Source: a bacterium
GTDB lineage: Bacteria > Hinthialibacterota > Hinthialibacteria > Hinthialibacterales > Hinthialibacteraceae
Reading direction: 5' to 3'
Assembly: GCA_963662285.2 (NCBI GenBank)
Contig: CAXXMV010000002.1
Span: 640,001-704,000, forward strand
Length of the DNA stretch: 64,000 bases
How positions within the stretch are numbered: the stretch's first letter is position 1; every line of letters begins with the position of its first letter. Shown piece by piece: positions 1-10,077 of this stretch. The notes below the pieces were generated by a model, which was not told the origin of the DNA, ran no database searches, and saw only the letters and a list, made by a program, of their open reading frames with translations. The position numbers and the translations under genes are program-made.

Positions 1-888
1 TAATTTTTTTCCATTATTTAAATTCCAGCAATTTACATTACTTACTGAACTTGCCAGTAATAAATGATCATCTGGAGATGAATCAATTGAGGTTAGGGGA
101 TTCTCATCATCTTTTTCAAAGAATTCTTCTAATTCCGAAGTCTCAAGATTCCATTTACCAACATCACCTTGAGTAGTTGTACCAAATAAACTATTTCCTT
201 CAGATGAAAAGTCAACATTGTTAAAAGTAGTATCAAATAACACTTCCAATTCATTTAACTTAAATAATTCTTTATAATTAAATAAATCCCAGATCACTGA
301 ACCAATAATGAACTTTTTGTTATCATGTGAAAATCTAACTTTTCGATTCCAAGTGACTCCTGTTTTTATTGTTTGTACATTTTCCCCGGATTCGTAATCC
401 CATATTTTTACGATATTATCTGAACCATTTGAGATTATCCATTTTTTGTCAGATGATATATCTAATGAGTGAACAATATCTGAATGACCAATATCACCAT
501 AAGGATTTCCATAGTGTGCGAATATGCTTTTTGTTATTACTCCATCATTAACATCCCAGTAATTTATATTTCCCCCAATATTACCTGTAATGATCGTGTT
601 ATTATCAATAAATTTTAATTTATTGATCTGATATTCTATACCTAATTTCTTTACTAGACTCCCAGATTGTATATCCCAAATCGATATTCCTTTCTCACCA
701 CCAATTGCAAGGTATTCTCCATTTCGAGAAAAATCAGCATCAAATATATATCTATGAGGATAATTATCCTGGAAATGATCGAATATATAAATCGGTTCAG
801 GTATCTTATTGCTGGCAAAAGCATTGTCGATAGAAAATCCAGCAAACGAGATGAATACTAATAAGAAATTTGATATATGATTTTTCAT
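1..888 (-). CDS. Secreted WD40/beta-propeller protein, runs off the window start (3' end missing); paralog of 898..1926
   Basis: Absent from the ORF track because there is no stop in the window. ATG at 888 follows AGGAG. Translates MKNHISNFLLVFISFAGFSIDNAFASNKIPEPI..., with WD-type ends GISIWDIQSG, INYWDVNDG, IVKIW, VIWDL and VNCWNLNNG. Spot checks show the frame open down to base 1. Confidence 0.85.
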   Translation of the reverse strand, partial: MKNHISNFLLVFISFAGFSIDNAFASNKIPEPIYIFDHFQDNYPHRYIFDADFSRNGEYLAIGGEKGISIWDIQSGSLVKKLGIEYQINKLKFIDNNTIITGNIGGNINYWDVNDGVITKSIFAHYGNPYGDIGHSDIVHSLDISSDKKWIISNGSDNIVKIWDYESGENVQTIKTGVTWNRKVRFSHDNKKFIIGSVIWDLFNYKELFKLNELEVLFDTTFNNVDFSSEGNSLFGTTTQGDVGKWNLETSELEEFFEKDDENPLTSIDSSPDDHLLLASSVSNVNCWNLNNGKKL

Positions 889-902
889 TCTATTCTCCTA
901 TT
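794..902. repeat. Direct repeat copy 1 (RBS plus signal-peptide coding region), paired with 1832..1940
   Basis: Ungapped manual alignment gives 93/109 identical bases. Confidence 0.85.
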
Positions 903-1926
903 TATAATCCTGGTAATTATTGGTTTTAGATTGGCTGGTAAGCAGGTCGTTCAAATCCCACAGATACACTGTCGCATCAGGGCCGCCAGTAATGAATTTG
1001 GTTCCGTCGGGGGAGAAGCGTACGGGATTGGCTGATAGATAAGTATCTGTGTACAATTTAAATAGCCGTGTATCTGATATTATATCGTAACAAATTGTAC
1101 TATTATTAGAACCTATGATTACTTTTGAATTATCTTCAGATAAATCTATGCTAAAGTAATAATCATTCTCTAAAACAGGTATAACACGATCAATTTTCGA
1201 AGAATTTATATTCCATTCAAAAATTCCTATACTTGTATTAAAACTGTAAAGAGATTTCATATCTGTTGTAATATCGGTTTCATACCCAAAGTTATCAAAT
1301 GTTAATGTATTTTCTTTGTCATTAAGGTTCCAAATTTTGGTTCCAACTAAAACGTTATTATTATCCAGAAAAATAGATTTTACATTACCTCCTTTAGAAA
1401 TATTTTCAATTTCGTTTTGTAACTTATATGTCTGTGTATCCCAAATTTTTCCTATGTTGTCTACACCATATGAGAATAAAGACATACCATCTGGTGAGAT
1501 ATCCATTGACCAAACATGACTTCCCCAATCATCTGAACCAAATTGTACATCATCATGTGCTTTGAAAGAATTAATCGTTTTCCCATTTACAATATCTAAT
1601 ATATATACAGTTCCTCCTTCAGTGCCAGCAAATAACACCTTTTCATTGCATGAAAAAACGATGCATTCAGTATAATATATGTTAAATATGTGTATCAATT
1701 TCCCTGTATTAACATTCCATAGTTTAACTCCTCCAGAACCACATGTCGCCAACAAATCTCCATTAGTACTAAATTCAGCAGATACAACAATTGAGTACGA
1801 ATGAACTGGATCATGATGAAAAATATGGATTGGTTCAGGTATCTTATTGCTAGCAAGAGTATAGTCGATAGAAAATCCTGTGAACGAGATGAAAATCAAT
1901 AAGAAATATACGATATAATTCTTCAT
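898..1926 (-). CDS. Secreted WD40-repeat beta-propeller protein
   Basis: Signal peptide; repeats FSTNGDLLA..VKLWN, ISPDG..GKIWD and FSPDGTKFITGGPDATVYLWD. Confidence 0.9.
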   Translation of the reverse strand: MKNYIVYFLLIFISFTGFSIDYTLASNKIPEPIHIFHHDPVHSYSIVVSAEFSTNGDLLATCGSGGVKLWNVNTGKLIHIFNIYYTECIVFSCNEKVLFAGTEGGTVYILDIVNGKTINSFKAHDDVQFGSDDWGSHVWSMDISPDGMSLFSYGVDNIGKIWDTQTYKLQNEIENISKGGNVKSIFLDNNNVLVGTKIWNLNDKENTLTFDNFGYETDITTDMKSLYSFNTSIGIFEWNINSSKIDRVIPVLENDYYFSIDLSEDNSKVIIGSNNSTICYDIISDTRLFKLYTDTYLSANPVRFSPDGTKFITGGPDATVYLWDLNDLLTSQSKTNNYQDYK

Positions 1927-1940
1927 TCTATTCTCCTATT
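1832..1940. repeat. Direct repeat copy 2, paired with 794..902
   Basis: Same manual alignment as copy 1. Confidence 0.85.
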
Positions 1941-2032
1941 AATACACTTCTTAATTACTAATGTATACCCAAAACGCCCTTGCCGTATGACCTGCTAATC
2001 CCACGCTAAATTGATTACTAACGGGACCAGGC

Positions 2033-2061
2033 GTAGGGTGGGTTGGCCTTATCGACCCACC
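2033..2061 (+). repeat. REP-like palindrome with GTAG foot
   Basis: GTAG-GGTGGGTTG...CGACCCACC hairpin in intergenic space. Confidence 0.6.
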
Positions 2062-2090
2062 AAAAGACCACCCCCGATGCGCTATTGTCT

Positions 2091-3182
2091 CTAATGCTTT
2101 TGCCAGGAATTTACTTCTGATTCAAGGTTGGTTATGCGGAATGAGACGTAATCTTGTTTTTCTATTAGATATGAGTCATCCCCCACCTTATGGGTGAAAT
2201 GGTATGGAGACTCATCAAAATCTACTTGTTCCAATGTTTCAGGATCATAGGCGCGGAATTTGTAAGAAATATTGTGGTCTGCGTCCGATACCATATCTCT
2301 GCACCAAATTTTGTTTCTCCAATAGCCGAATATGTTTTCTAGATAAACAGGGTAAGTCGCTATTTTCTCGAATGGTTCAACTGTATAGATGCATGTGTAT
2401 TCTTCATTGGTTTTATTATCACGTTTAGTACTGTATATCAATCCATCAGGTGTTACTATGCTATAGTATAAGAATGTATAATCATACTTTTCGATAACTT
2501 CTCCAGAATTTAAATCGATCTGCCAAGTCAATGGATTCTCTTTCATAGTGGGATCGAAATTATCATTCAATTTCATTGTTTCACACAATACTAATCGATC
2601 ATGTTTTTCATCAACTCCGATACTCATAAGTCGAAATGCATCATATCCGTATGATCCAATTATTTTACCGGATTTATCATATATGAACAGATGCGGTTTT
2701 TCATCATTCTCATCATGCCGGTAATTGATAAAAACAACTATATTATCCGTCCATTTGTAAACGCCCATTATTCTGCACCAATACCGCTCTACATATTTAA
2801 TGCTGCTTGGAGATAAATAAGGTTGAAAAATTTCAACCGAATAGTCCAATTCACCTGTAGCAATTGATAGAGATGTCAATATATTATCGTATCTCGTATT
2901 GAAAGAATGTGGATTATTTAAGGGTATATACCGATATACAGTTTCGAAACATGTCAAAGAATCATCTATGATGAGCGGGAAAGAAATATCATGATTATTT
3001 AGTTGATATCCGTCTTCACCTATATCTCCATGAAATGTGTATAGACGTGAGTTATCATCCCTGGTCATTTTCATAATCGATTTTGGATGAAATAAACGGG
3101 TTAAATCCGCCTGATGCAACTCTCCATTACATAAAACAGGCGTCAAAAAAATCAAGCACATAACTAAACATTTGATTTTCAT
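2091..3182 (-). CDS. Secreted hypothetical protein, probably beta-rich/propeller-like, with C-terminal SEVNSWQKH tail
   Basis: 363-aa ORF with N-terminal signal peptide, RBS AAAGGAAAG and short beta-strand periodicity. Confidence 0.75.
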   Translation of the reverse strand: MKIKCLVMCLIFLTPVLCNGELHQADLTRLFHPKSIMKMTRDDNSRLYTFHGDIGEDGYQLNNHDISFPLIIDDSLTCFETVYRYIPLNNPHSFNTRYDNILTSLSIATGELDYSVEIFQPYLSPSSIKYVERYWCRIMGVYKWTDNIVVFINYRHDENDEKPHLFIYDKSGKIIGSYGYDAFRLMSIGVDEKHDRLVLCETMKLNDNFDPTMKENPLTWQIDLNSGEVIEKYDYTFLYYSIVTPDGLIYSTKRDNKTNEEYTCIYTVEPFEKIATYPVYLENIFGYWRNKIWCRDMVSDADHNISYKFRAYDPETLEQVDFDESPYHFTHKVGDDSYLIEKQDYVSFRITNLESEVNSWQKH

Positions 3183-3325
3183 TATTTCGTCTTTCCTTTA
3201 TCGTAGCAGTTCAGTCATATTGAATAATAATATAGACGAATAACCATGCAGAATTAATCACTCTGTGCGGATTTATGCTAAATTATAATCATATTTCGAT
3301 TGGGACTAACGAGATTGAATACTGA

Positions 3326-4087
3326 TCAACCCTTGAGATTGAGTCTGGGCCGGGGAGTTTGCGGGGGCTGCTGGTCTTTGCTGGTCTGCGTCGCTGGTGG
3401 GATATTGGCTGGAATGGCCGCGTTAGGAAATGGCGAATTGAATCCCGCAGCATTCGGCGCAGAGGCGCCAGGCATCGGGTTTTGCATGGCTGGAGAATTA
3501 GGCATAGTCATAATAGGACGTTGATAAGCTGCCTGCTGCATAGGCGAAACCGGATTGAGTGGTAGTTGTGATCCGGAAGATGTCCTCTGCATTCCCGCTG
3601 ATGGGAAATTTGATATTTTGGAATTCGAGGAATCATAGGAAGCGCGCTGATGGTTATTATTATTTGCCGGCTTCATCATTGCGATTGATTCTTCGCTGCC
3701 TTCTTCAATAAATTTCTCAACCGCTTTGCGCCACCCATCTTGAAGATCTTCAACAATGGGAATAACTTCATCAACCAACGATGCATCCTGCTTGATATTG
3801 GCTTTAACGAGATGGTGATAGACAAAGTCGTATACGCGCAGAAGGTTTTCAGCAAGTTCCCCACCCTTTTTAAGATCTAAAGCAACCATCAATTCAGTGA
3901 AAATGCGTTGTAACTTGGTAAGTTCAATATGCGCTTTTTCTATTTCCTTCTTCTCGATGGCTTTTTTTGACATATGCAATTTCTTGACCGCAGCATCGAA
4001 AATCATCAGCAACAGTTTTGGCTGACTGGCAGTTTCGATTTGCGTTTTCAAGTAATGCTGGTGCGGATTTGCTAATGGCGTCGCCAC
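3326..4087 (-). CDS. fliS: Flagellar export chaperone FliS with long low-complexity C-terminal extension
   Basis: YLKTQIETASQPKLLLMIFDAA...ELMVALD..GGELAENL.RVYDF...AN...L.DGW motif set; lies directly downstream of fliD. Confidence 0.93.
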   Translation of the reverse strand: MATPLANPHQHYLKTQIETASQPKLLLMIFDAAVKKLHMSKKAIEKKEIEKAHIELTKLQRIFTELMVALDLKKGGELAENLLRVYDFVYHHLVKANIKQDASLVDEVIPIVEDLQDGWRKAVEKFIEEGSEESIAMMKPANNNNHQRASYDSSNSKISNFPSAGMQRTSSGSQLPLNPVSPMQQAAYQRPIMTMPNSPAMQNPMPGASAPNAAGFNSPFPNAAIPANIPPATQTSKDQQPPQTPRPRLNLKG

Positions 4088-4187
4088 GTATTGTCTCCTT
4101 CTCTAATAATTAATTAATCTTGTACAATATTCTAATCGATTTTCTTTTGGGTATTAAGAAAAATAATAATTAATCTAATTAATCTAA

Positions 4188-6524
4188 TTAATTATTACTT
4201 TCTAATTTCGATGATAATAATTGACTAACCTGCTGTGATTGAGAAAGCGTAACTTCCAAAGCCGTGTATTTTTTCCGCAGAGTCGCTTCCATTGCTTCAG
4301 ATCGTTGTTCATAACGGGTGATCTGACTGTTGAATAGTTCAATTTTTTCCTGAATCGCTTGAGACGCGGTGTTTATTCTGCCAACATCGTAAGCAGTAAA
4401 GTCTTTAAGAATATTACTGAAATATTCTCCAAAGCCGACGTTATCAGCCTGAATCAGGTTTTTTATTTTGCCGGGATCAGAATTCAACAGAGATTGTAGA
4501 TCACCGGAATTAAAAGAAAGCGTCCCTGCTGTTGTCAGAGAAATGCCAATAGCATCCAAACTTTGAGCTTGACTGGCGTAAATGGATGATCCCGCAATGT
4601 GGTCGCTAAACATATTCTTTTTGATGCCCAGGTCTTCTGCGGTGGTTCCACCGTTAACTTCTTCGATCTTGAATACTCCGGCGCCGCCGGATAAGTCGTT
4701 GATATTTATAGAGGTTCCACTTGTGCTAATTTCAGCCTTCACTTTAATATCATCGTTATAATTAATGGCATCAATTATATCTTGAACAGTACTCACTGTA
4801 TTCAAATCAATCGTAGCTGAAGCGCCTGTGCGGTCAGTAATTAGGATACTGCCTAGGTCGATGCCCGTTCCGTCGTTCAGTTCAGATACTTTTACGCCCG
4901 GAAGGTTTGGAATACTGCGACTGATGCCATTAGCTAGGGCTGATTCCAGTTCACGCATTGTAGAATCACCAAATAAAATACCATGCTTGCCGGAATCAGA
5001 ATCATAATAGGTTTGTTCACTGATGAAATTCGCAAGGGTGTTATAGGCATCGACAAATCCCTGAACAACCTCAGAAACATTAGTGAAATCTTCGCGAACA
5101 TTAATATTTACAATTTCAGAACCTTCATTTATGAGAGCAAGTGATACGCCTTCAACAAGGTCGGTGACTACATTGTTGAATCGATTAACAGTAATTCCAT
5201 TGTAAGTAAGTTGAGCGTTTTCACCAACCTGGTCGATATTATTAAATGTTCTATCAGCAATGCCTAAGGTTTGCAAAGCGCCTTGAGAATCAGCCAACAC
5301 GCCGACGCTTCCGGTAGAACTGTTTAGTTCAATTCGGTATACGCCATCAGCAGAGATTAATTGAGCGCTTATATCCGCTCCAGCAGCTGTGGATTCTGTA
5401 TTGATGCGGTCCACAATATCTTGAAGAGAATCAGTATCAAGATCGATATCCACATTAAATGAGTCAGATCCGTCACCGTCTTCTAGCGTTATGGTTGAAG
5501 TGGAGGTTGCATCAAGATTCATCAAATCACCGACGACAGTTGATGAGGACGAGAAAGCTGCGCTTTGGATTCCGCCCAGAACTCCCAGATCAAAGAGTAC
5601 ATTATCGGGATCACTAAATGTTTGTGGAATTCCTGTGCTGCTTTCAATCCGCAATCGTTCATCGCCATCTTCCATAATTACTGAAGCGGAGATGTTCGCG
5701 CCCGCTCCAGTTGAAGCGAGATTGATTTCGTCTGCTATATCCTGGAGGGTCATGCTAGCGGCATTTAGCGTTACAGAGAGTGAGTACTGCCCCCCGGCAT
5801 CGTTGACAGTGAAGGTTTCACCAGTATAGGTTTGATTCCAACCGACTGCAAATTTATCACCCAAAGCGCCCATGTTGTCAGCATTGACGGTGCGATCATA
5901 ACTAAGATCTGTAGGACTGGATGTCAGAAAGCCTAAATCTGTGAGGATGTTATCGCTGCCAACTTCGCGCAGTTCAATTTTATCGACGCCAGTAGTGCTT
6001 GCGCCGAAAACCAGTTTGTTCTGGTTGGGAGCAAGTTGCACAACAGATGCTTTAACGCCCGCATTGCTGGCATTGATCTGTGTGGCTATGGTCTGAAGCG
6101 AATCATCCGCTGCGACGGAGATGGTTCTTCCATTAATAATAAATTTACCGTCATAGTTTAGTTCATCATGACTGTTTACAAAAATATTAGATGAAATTTG
6201 ATCAGATTTTGCCAGATTATCTACCCGTACGCCAAAGTTGCCAATTGATGCCGAACTGGATACCGAAGCGGCGACAATGCTCTCATTGGAACTGGCAATA
6301 ACTTTGTTGTTGAACAGACTTGCCGAATTAAGCGCCGAGTTGGCTATTTCCAGATTGAGCAGATTAGCGTTAACTGCTTGCAGCGAAGTAAGTTTTTCGG
6401 TCTCTTCAGAAATGCGGTTTTCTGCTTGCTTTATTGGACCGCCAAACTGAACGTCGATAGTCGCCTCTATCAACTCGGTCGTGTTGAAGCCTGATATTAA
6501 TCCTTCTATAGCAAAGTTACTCAT
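4188..6524 (-). CDS. fliD: Flagellar filament cap protein FliD with extra internal repeats
   Basis: N-terminus GLISGFNTTELI; FliD_C-type G.NAQLTYNGITVNR..N.VTDLVEGV, FVDAYN and G.LFGDS; C-terminal LRKKYTALE; repeated SLQ.I...IN motifs. Confidence 0.95.
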   Translation of the reverse strand: MSNFAIEGLISGFNTTELIEATIDVQFGGPIKQAENRISEETEKLTSLQAVNANLLNLEIANSALNSASLFNNKVIASSNESIVAASVSSSASIGNFGVRVDNLAKSDQISSNIFVNSHDELNYDGKFIINGRTISVAADDSLQTIATQINASNAGVKASVVQLAPNQNKLVFGASTTGVDKIELREVGSDNILTDLGFLTSSPTDLSYDRTVNADNMGALGDKFAVGWNQTYTGETFTVNDAGGQYSLSVTLNAASMTLQDIADEINLASTGAGANISASVIMEDGDERLRIESSTGIPQTFSDPDNVLFDLGVLGGIQSAAFSSSSTVVGDLMNLDATSTSTITLEDGDGSDSFNVDIDLDTDSLQDIVDRINTESTAAGADISAQLISADGVYRIELNSSTGSVGVLADSQGALQTLGIADRTFNNIDQVGENAQLTYNGITVNRFNNVVTDLVEGVSLALINEGSEIVNINVREDFTNVSEVVQGFVDAYNTLANFISEQTYYDSDSGKHGILFGDSTMRELESALANGISRSIPNLPGVKVSELNDGTGIDLGSILITDRTGASATIDLNTVSTVQDIIDAINYNDDIKVKAEISTSGTSININDLSGGAGVFKIEEVNGGTTAEDLGIKKNMFSDHIAGSSIYASQAQSLDAIGISLTTAGTLSFNSGDLQSLLNSDPGKIKNLIQADNVGFGEYFSNILKDFTAYDVGRINTASQAIQEKIELFNSQITRYEQRSEAMEATLRKKYTALEVTLSQSQQVSQLLSSKLESNN

Positions 6525-6614
6525 CGTCCTATGTCCTTTTACCCATTTGGATTACAGACATCTAATAAATTGTAAAGTATTATTGCAACATAAATCAACT
6601 TATCCCTTGATCTA

Positions 6615-6642
6615 TTATCGACCGCGACAGTCTTAAGGTTAA
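6615..6642 (-). promoter_or_regulatory. Putative sigma28 (FliA) promoter for fliD-fliS
   Basis: TTAA-N16-GTCGATAA on the minus strand, about 90 bp upstream of fliD and downstream of the flaG terminator. Confidence 0.5.
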
Positions 6643-6892
6643 GCGTTATTTCCTTGTACAAAGGGCATGATTTTCTTGAATATTGCACATCAAACAGGCA
6701 AATCTTGCCTGTAAATGAACCGGAAAGATCAAAGCGATTAACCTGTATGTTCCAGGAATATATTGTTTGAAATTTAGTGTGCTTATTTTTCAATACTTAC
6801 GTTATGGAATCCTTTCACATTATCTTACGGTAACCTTTGGCATTAAATTGATTACGCAAAATAAGTTCCAATAATTAATAAAATAATTTATC

Positions 6893-6935
6893 AAAACAAA
6901 GGCTTCTCTCCAAAAATTAAAAATGGAGAGAAGCC
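6893..6935 (-). terminator. Intrinsic terminator after flaG
   Basis: 12-bp stem GGCTTCTCTCCA/TGGAGAGAAGCC followed by a T-rich run on the minus strand. Confidence 0.75.
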
Positions 6936-6968
6936 ATAGTTTTGATAAAATAGAGAACGTAATATTTT

Positions 6969-7385
6969 TTATAAATTTCTATCAAATAATACGCCAATAT
7001 TCTCTTTCAAGTTCTGGGAAATTTTTACCATTTCCTCACTAGGTATTTCACGTATAACCTCATCTGTTTCAGCATCAACCACTGATATTGCCACTCTTCC
7101 AGTATCTTGATTCGATGTAAAACGAATTTTCAGATTTTGATTAAACCGATTATTTTCAGATAATTGTTCTTTAGTCGAATCAGATACCTTGGATTCCTGA
7201 TAAAAACCAGAAAATCCTAGAGCGGCGACGAGAAAGTTTTGGCCGCTTTTGTTTTCAACCGGCTTCAAATCACCGGCTTCTTTCGGGTCGCCGACCGGAG
7301 CAGAATTTTTACTAAAACGCTCTGGCTGGCTAATAGATTCAGTGATGGGCAAAACAGGCTTGTATGCAGCAGCTTCGACCATCAT
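6969..7385 (-). CDS. flaG: Flagellar protein FlaG
   Basis: C-terminal LKIRF...TGRVAISVVDAETDEVIREIPSEE...G.LFD signature; located between fliC and fliD. Confidence 0.92.
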   Translation of the reverse strand: MMVEAAAYKPVLPITESISQPERFSKNSAPVGDPKEAGDLKPVENKSGQNFLVAALGFSGFYQESKVSDSTKEQLSENNRFNQNLKIRFTSNQDTGRVAISVVDAETDEVIREIPSEEMVKISQNLKENIGVLFDRNL

Positions 7386-7463
7386 GATCCACCATCCTTT
7401 CCAAAGGGATGCCTGTCGGGTGAATTTATCTTATGTAATAGCAAGCAAGCATCTAGGGAATAT

Positions 7464-7492
7464 CGGGAAGCGGGCAAAAGCCACGCTTCCCG
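7464..7492 (-). terminator. Stem-loop after fliC (partial terminator or mRNA stabiliser)
   Basis: CGGGAAGCG(T)GGC-TTTT-GCCCGCTTCCCG hairpin with a weak U-tail. Confidence 0.6.
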
Positions 7493-7520
7493 GAATCTAA
7501 TTTACTGATTATCAAACGAA

Positions 7521-10073
7521 TTATCCAAGCAGCGATAAGAATCCCTGACTCTGGAAGTTCGCTTGCGCCAAAACAGATATACCTGCCTGCTGGAGAACCT
7601 GGCCCTTTGTGAACTGCGAAGTCTCGCGGGCGAAATCAGCGTCTCGAATTCTTGATTCGGATGCCGTCAGGTTTTCCGCCGAAACGCTTAAGTTATTGAT
7701 AGCCGATTCCATACGGTTCGTCGCCGCACCAAGAATGGAGCGCGTCTTGTTAACCTGCGAAAGCGCTTCATCAATGATTAGTATGGCTTCATTAGCGCCG
7801 TCAATGGAAGTGATATCAATATCAGAGATGGTTCTGCCGCTGCCTTCTCCGAAGCCCAGGTTAGTTGAAGTCAAGTCACCTATACTAGCCCTGAATGACT
7901 GAAATGCCTGGGCGCCGATGTGGAAGTTAAGAGAACTATTATTGGTCGAGACTAGAATAGTTGTTCCAGCATCAGGTAAACCATCAGTACGAGCAGTGAC
8001 GTCAATAATGTTATCGAAATCTACTGTAACGAATCGTGCAACTCCACGGTTTCCACCACTGTTACCATCGATAAAGACAACATCCTGATTACCATTTCCG
8101 AAGGTGACTTTCTCACCACCATTCAGCGTTCCGGTGAATTCTGCAGGGGTCGTCTCCAGTTTATCAGTTCCAGCAGATAAACCGCTACCGATGCGAAGAG
8201 TAACCATTGATTGGGGAACGCCTTCTTTAGTAGAATTTTGACCTTTGAGAGTAATGATATCGCCAGCTTCAGCGCGGACATCTTCGCCGCCTTCAATACG
8301 GAAAGTCGCCTGTTCTGCAAAACCTTCCTGCTTGAGCACGGCATCATCCTGGAAGGTGAAATTATCACGCGTAGTCGCGCTAGGCGCCCTTTGGAATGTC
8401 AGGGTGAAACTGGTTTGTGAATTTGATTTACCTACATCATCAATTACTTGAAGCGTCCCGCTTGAGGTAAATGTGAACATGGCGTCTTCAAATCTAGTTT
8501 GAACTCCATTTTCTGTTCCAACAAGACCCAAACTTTGATCATATCCACGCGATCTTGTGTTCAATTCTGCAATAAGGCCGGATACGCTGCCGAAACGGAA
8601 ATCGTTCAGGAGAGTGTCAGCCTGTGCATTCGTGACGCTATAATCAAACGTAAACGAACCTTCAAAAGTTGTCCCATCTGAGTTTGTTCCATGCAAAACC
8701 ATCATGTCGCCGTCTTGAATTGTGGTTCCACCGGTATAAACTCCACCAACGAACGTTCCATTCATGATCAACGCACTGGTACCTACTGCTGAGCCGCCAG
8801 ATTGAATTGATGTAGACCGGTTAATAACCGCGCCGGTGGCGTCACTGAAGACGATGCCGCTTTCTACAATACGTTGCTGAGCGGCCTGGACGTCTTTGAC
8901 CGTGATTTCAAATTGTCCAGTGCCAAAAGTTGATCCAGTGATTGCAGTGATAGAATTTCCAACCTGACCGATTCCTGACAAGTAGGATTGAACTCCGATT
9001 TCGCCAGAGCGGCTTACTCCTTTTGCTTGGGTAACAACATAATCACCCCGGACTAAGGTTATCGAGAGATCAGAATCATTGTGTAATTCAGCTTGAGATG
9101 TTAGCACTAAACGACCTAAATTATCTACAGTGCCTGCGCTAACTGTTGTTCTAAATGTGGTAGGAATGCTGGCGGTAGTTAGAGCACCGAATAAGGCTTT
9201 TTCAGCATTATCAATAGCGCCTTGTACAGCAGATGCCATATTGGCTACAGTTGTTGCCGCATCAACGCTTAAAGTGCCAGTAAACTTGGTGACGCCATCA
9301 GCCAGGACGCCTTCAAATACAAATGTATCGGCTGCAGCAACACTGACGCCATTGAAAAATTGAGCATCTATAGTGGCGGCGCCAGCAAGAGCACCAGCGA
9401 AATGCGAGTCACCAGAGAACATAGCCATGCTGACAGCGATATCGGTCTGATTACCGATGCCGGTGTTGATAACTTGGGGTTTTCCTGTGCCTTCTTCACC
9501 AGAGATAATCTGGCTTTGAGCATCCTTGGTTTTGATGATGTTGATGAAGGACTTTCCCGTAGCCAAGGTACTGGCAACTGGAGATGCATCAATCGACATG
9601 CCGATATTTTGCTGACCGTCAATTAATCCGGTAGAAATTGAAAAGTCGCCGTTCAAAAGAAAGTTGCTTCCGAATTGGGTTGTATTAGCGATTCGAGTGA
9701 CTTCGTCAATACTTTGGAAGACTTCATCCTGAAGGGCGCGTCGGGCTGGCATATCGTTGACGCCGGTGTTCGCTGCCTGGATGGCTAACTGACGAACACG
9801 ATTCAAACGAACTGTGGTTTCCTCGAGTGCTCCTTCAGCAACATTAATCAAGTTGATGCCATCAGAAGCATTGGTTATAGCCTGGTTTAAACCTTGAACC
9901 TGAGTACGCAGGTTGTTGGCGACGCTCAAACCGGCCGCGTCATCGCCTGCGCGGTTGATCCGGAGTCCTGAAGACAAACGCTCGATTGATTTCTGAATAG
10001 ATCGACCGGTTTTGTCTAAGTTACGGGTTGCATTAACTGCTGCGACATTATTTACAATTCTGGAAAGACTCAT
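7521..10073 (-). CDS. fliC: Flagellin with a large hypervariable region (850 aa)
   Basis: N-terminal IERLSSGLRINRAGDDAAGL; C-terminal RSILGA..NR...ENLTASESRIRDADFARE...QQAG.SVLAQAN. Confidence 0.98.
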   Translation of the reverse strand: MSLSRIVNNVAAVNATRNLDKTGRSIQKSIERLSSGLRINRAGDDAAGLSVANNLRTQVQGLNQAITNASDGINLINVAEGALEETTVRLNRVRQLAIQAANTGVNDMPARRALQDEVFQSIDEVTRIANTTQFGSNFLLNGDFSISTGLIDGQQNIGMSIDASPVASTLATGKSFINIIKTKDAQSQIISGEEGTGKPQVINTGIGNQTDIAVSMAMFSGDSHFAGALAGAATIDAQFFNGVSVAAADTFVFEGVLADGVTKFTGTLSVDAATTVANMASAVQGAIDNAEKALFGALTTASIPTTFRTTVSAGTVDNLGRLVLTSQAELHNDSDLSITLVRGDYVVTQAKGVSRSGEIGVQSYLSGIGQVGNSITAITGSTFGTGQFEITVKDVQAAQQRIVESGIVFSDATGAVINRSTSIQSGGSAVGTSALIMNGTFVGGVYTGGTTIQDGDMMVLHGTNSDGTTFEGSFTFDYSVTNAQADTLLNDFRFGSVSGLIAELNTRSRGYDQSLGLVGTENGVQTRFEDAMFTFTSSGTLQVIDDVGKSNSQTSFTLTFQRAPSATTRDNFTFQDDAVLKQEGFAEQATFRIEGGEDVRAEAGDIITLKGQNSTKEGVPQSMVTLRIGSGLSAGTDKLETTPAEFTGTLNGGEKVTFGNGNQDVVFIDGNSGGNRGVARFVTVDFDNIIDVTARTDGLPDAGTTILVSTNNSSLNFHIGAQAFQSFRASIGDLTSTNLGFGEGSGRTISDIDITSIDGANEAILIIDEALSQVNKTRSILGAATNRMESAINNLSVSAENLTASESRIRDADFARETSQFTKGQVLQQAGISVLAQANFQSQGFLSLLG

Positions 10074-10077
10074 TCTT

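Noticed and set aside
4100-4195. TAATCTAAT/TAATTAAT micro-repeats and a possible sigma28 site before fliS
   Set aside because: Low-complexity AT sequence; the spacing to a -35 element does not fit.
7521-10073. Enzymatic (metallopeptidase) flagellin
   Set aside because: No HExxH motif in the hypervariable region.
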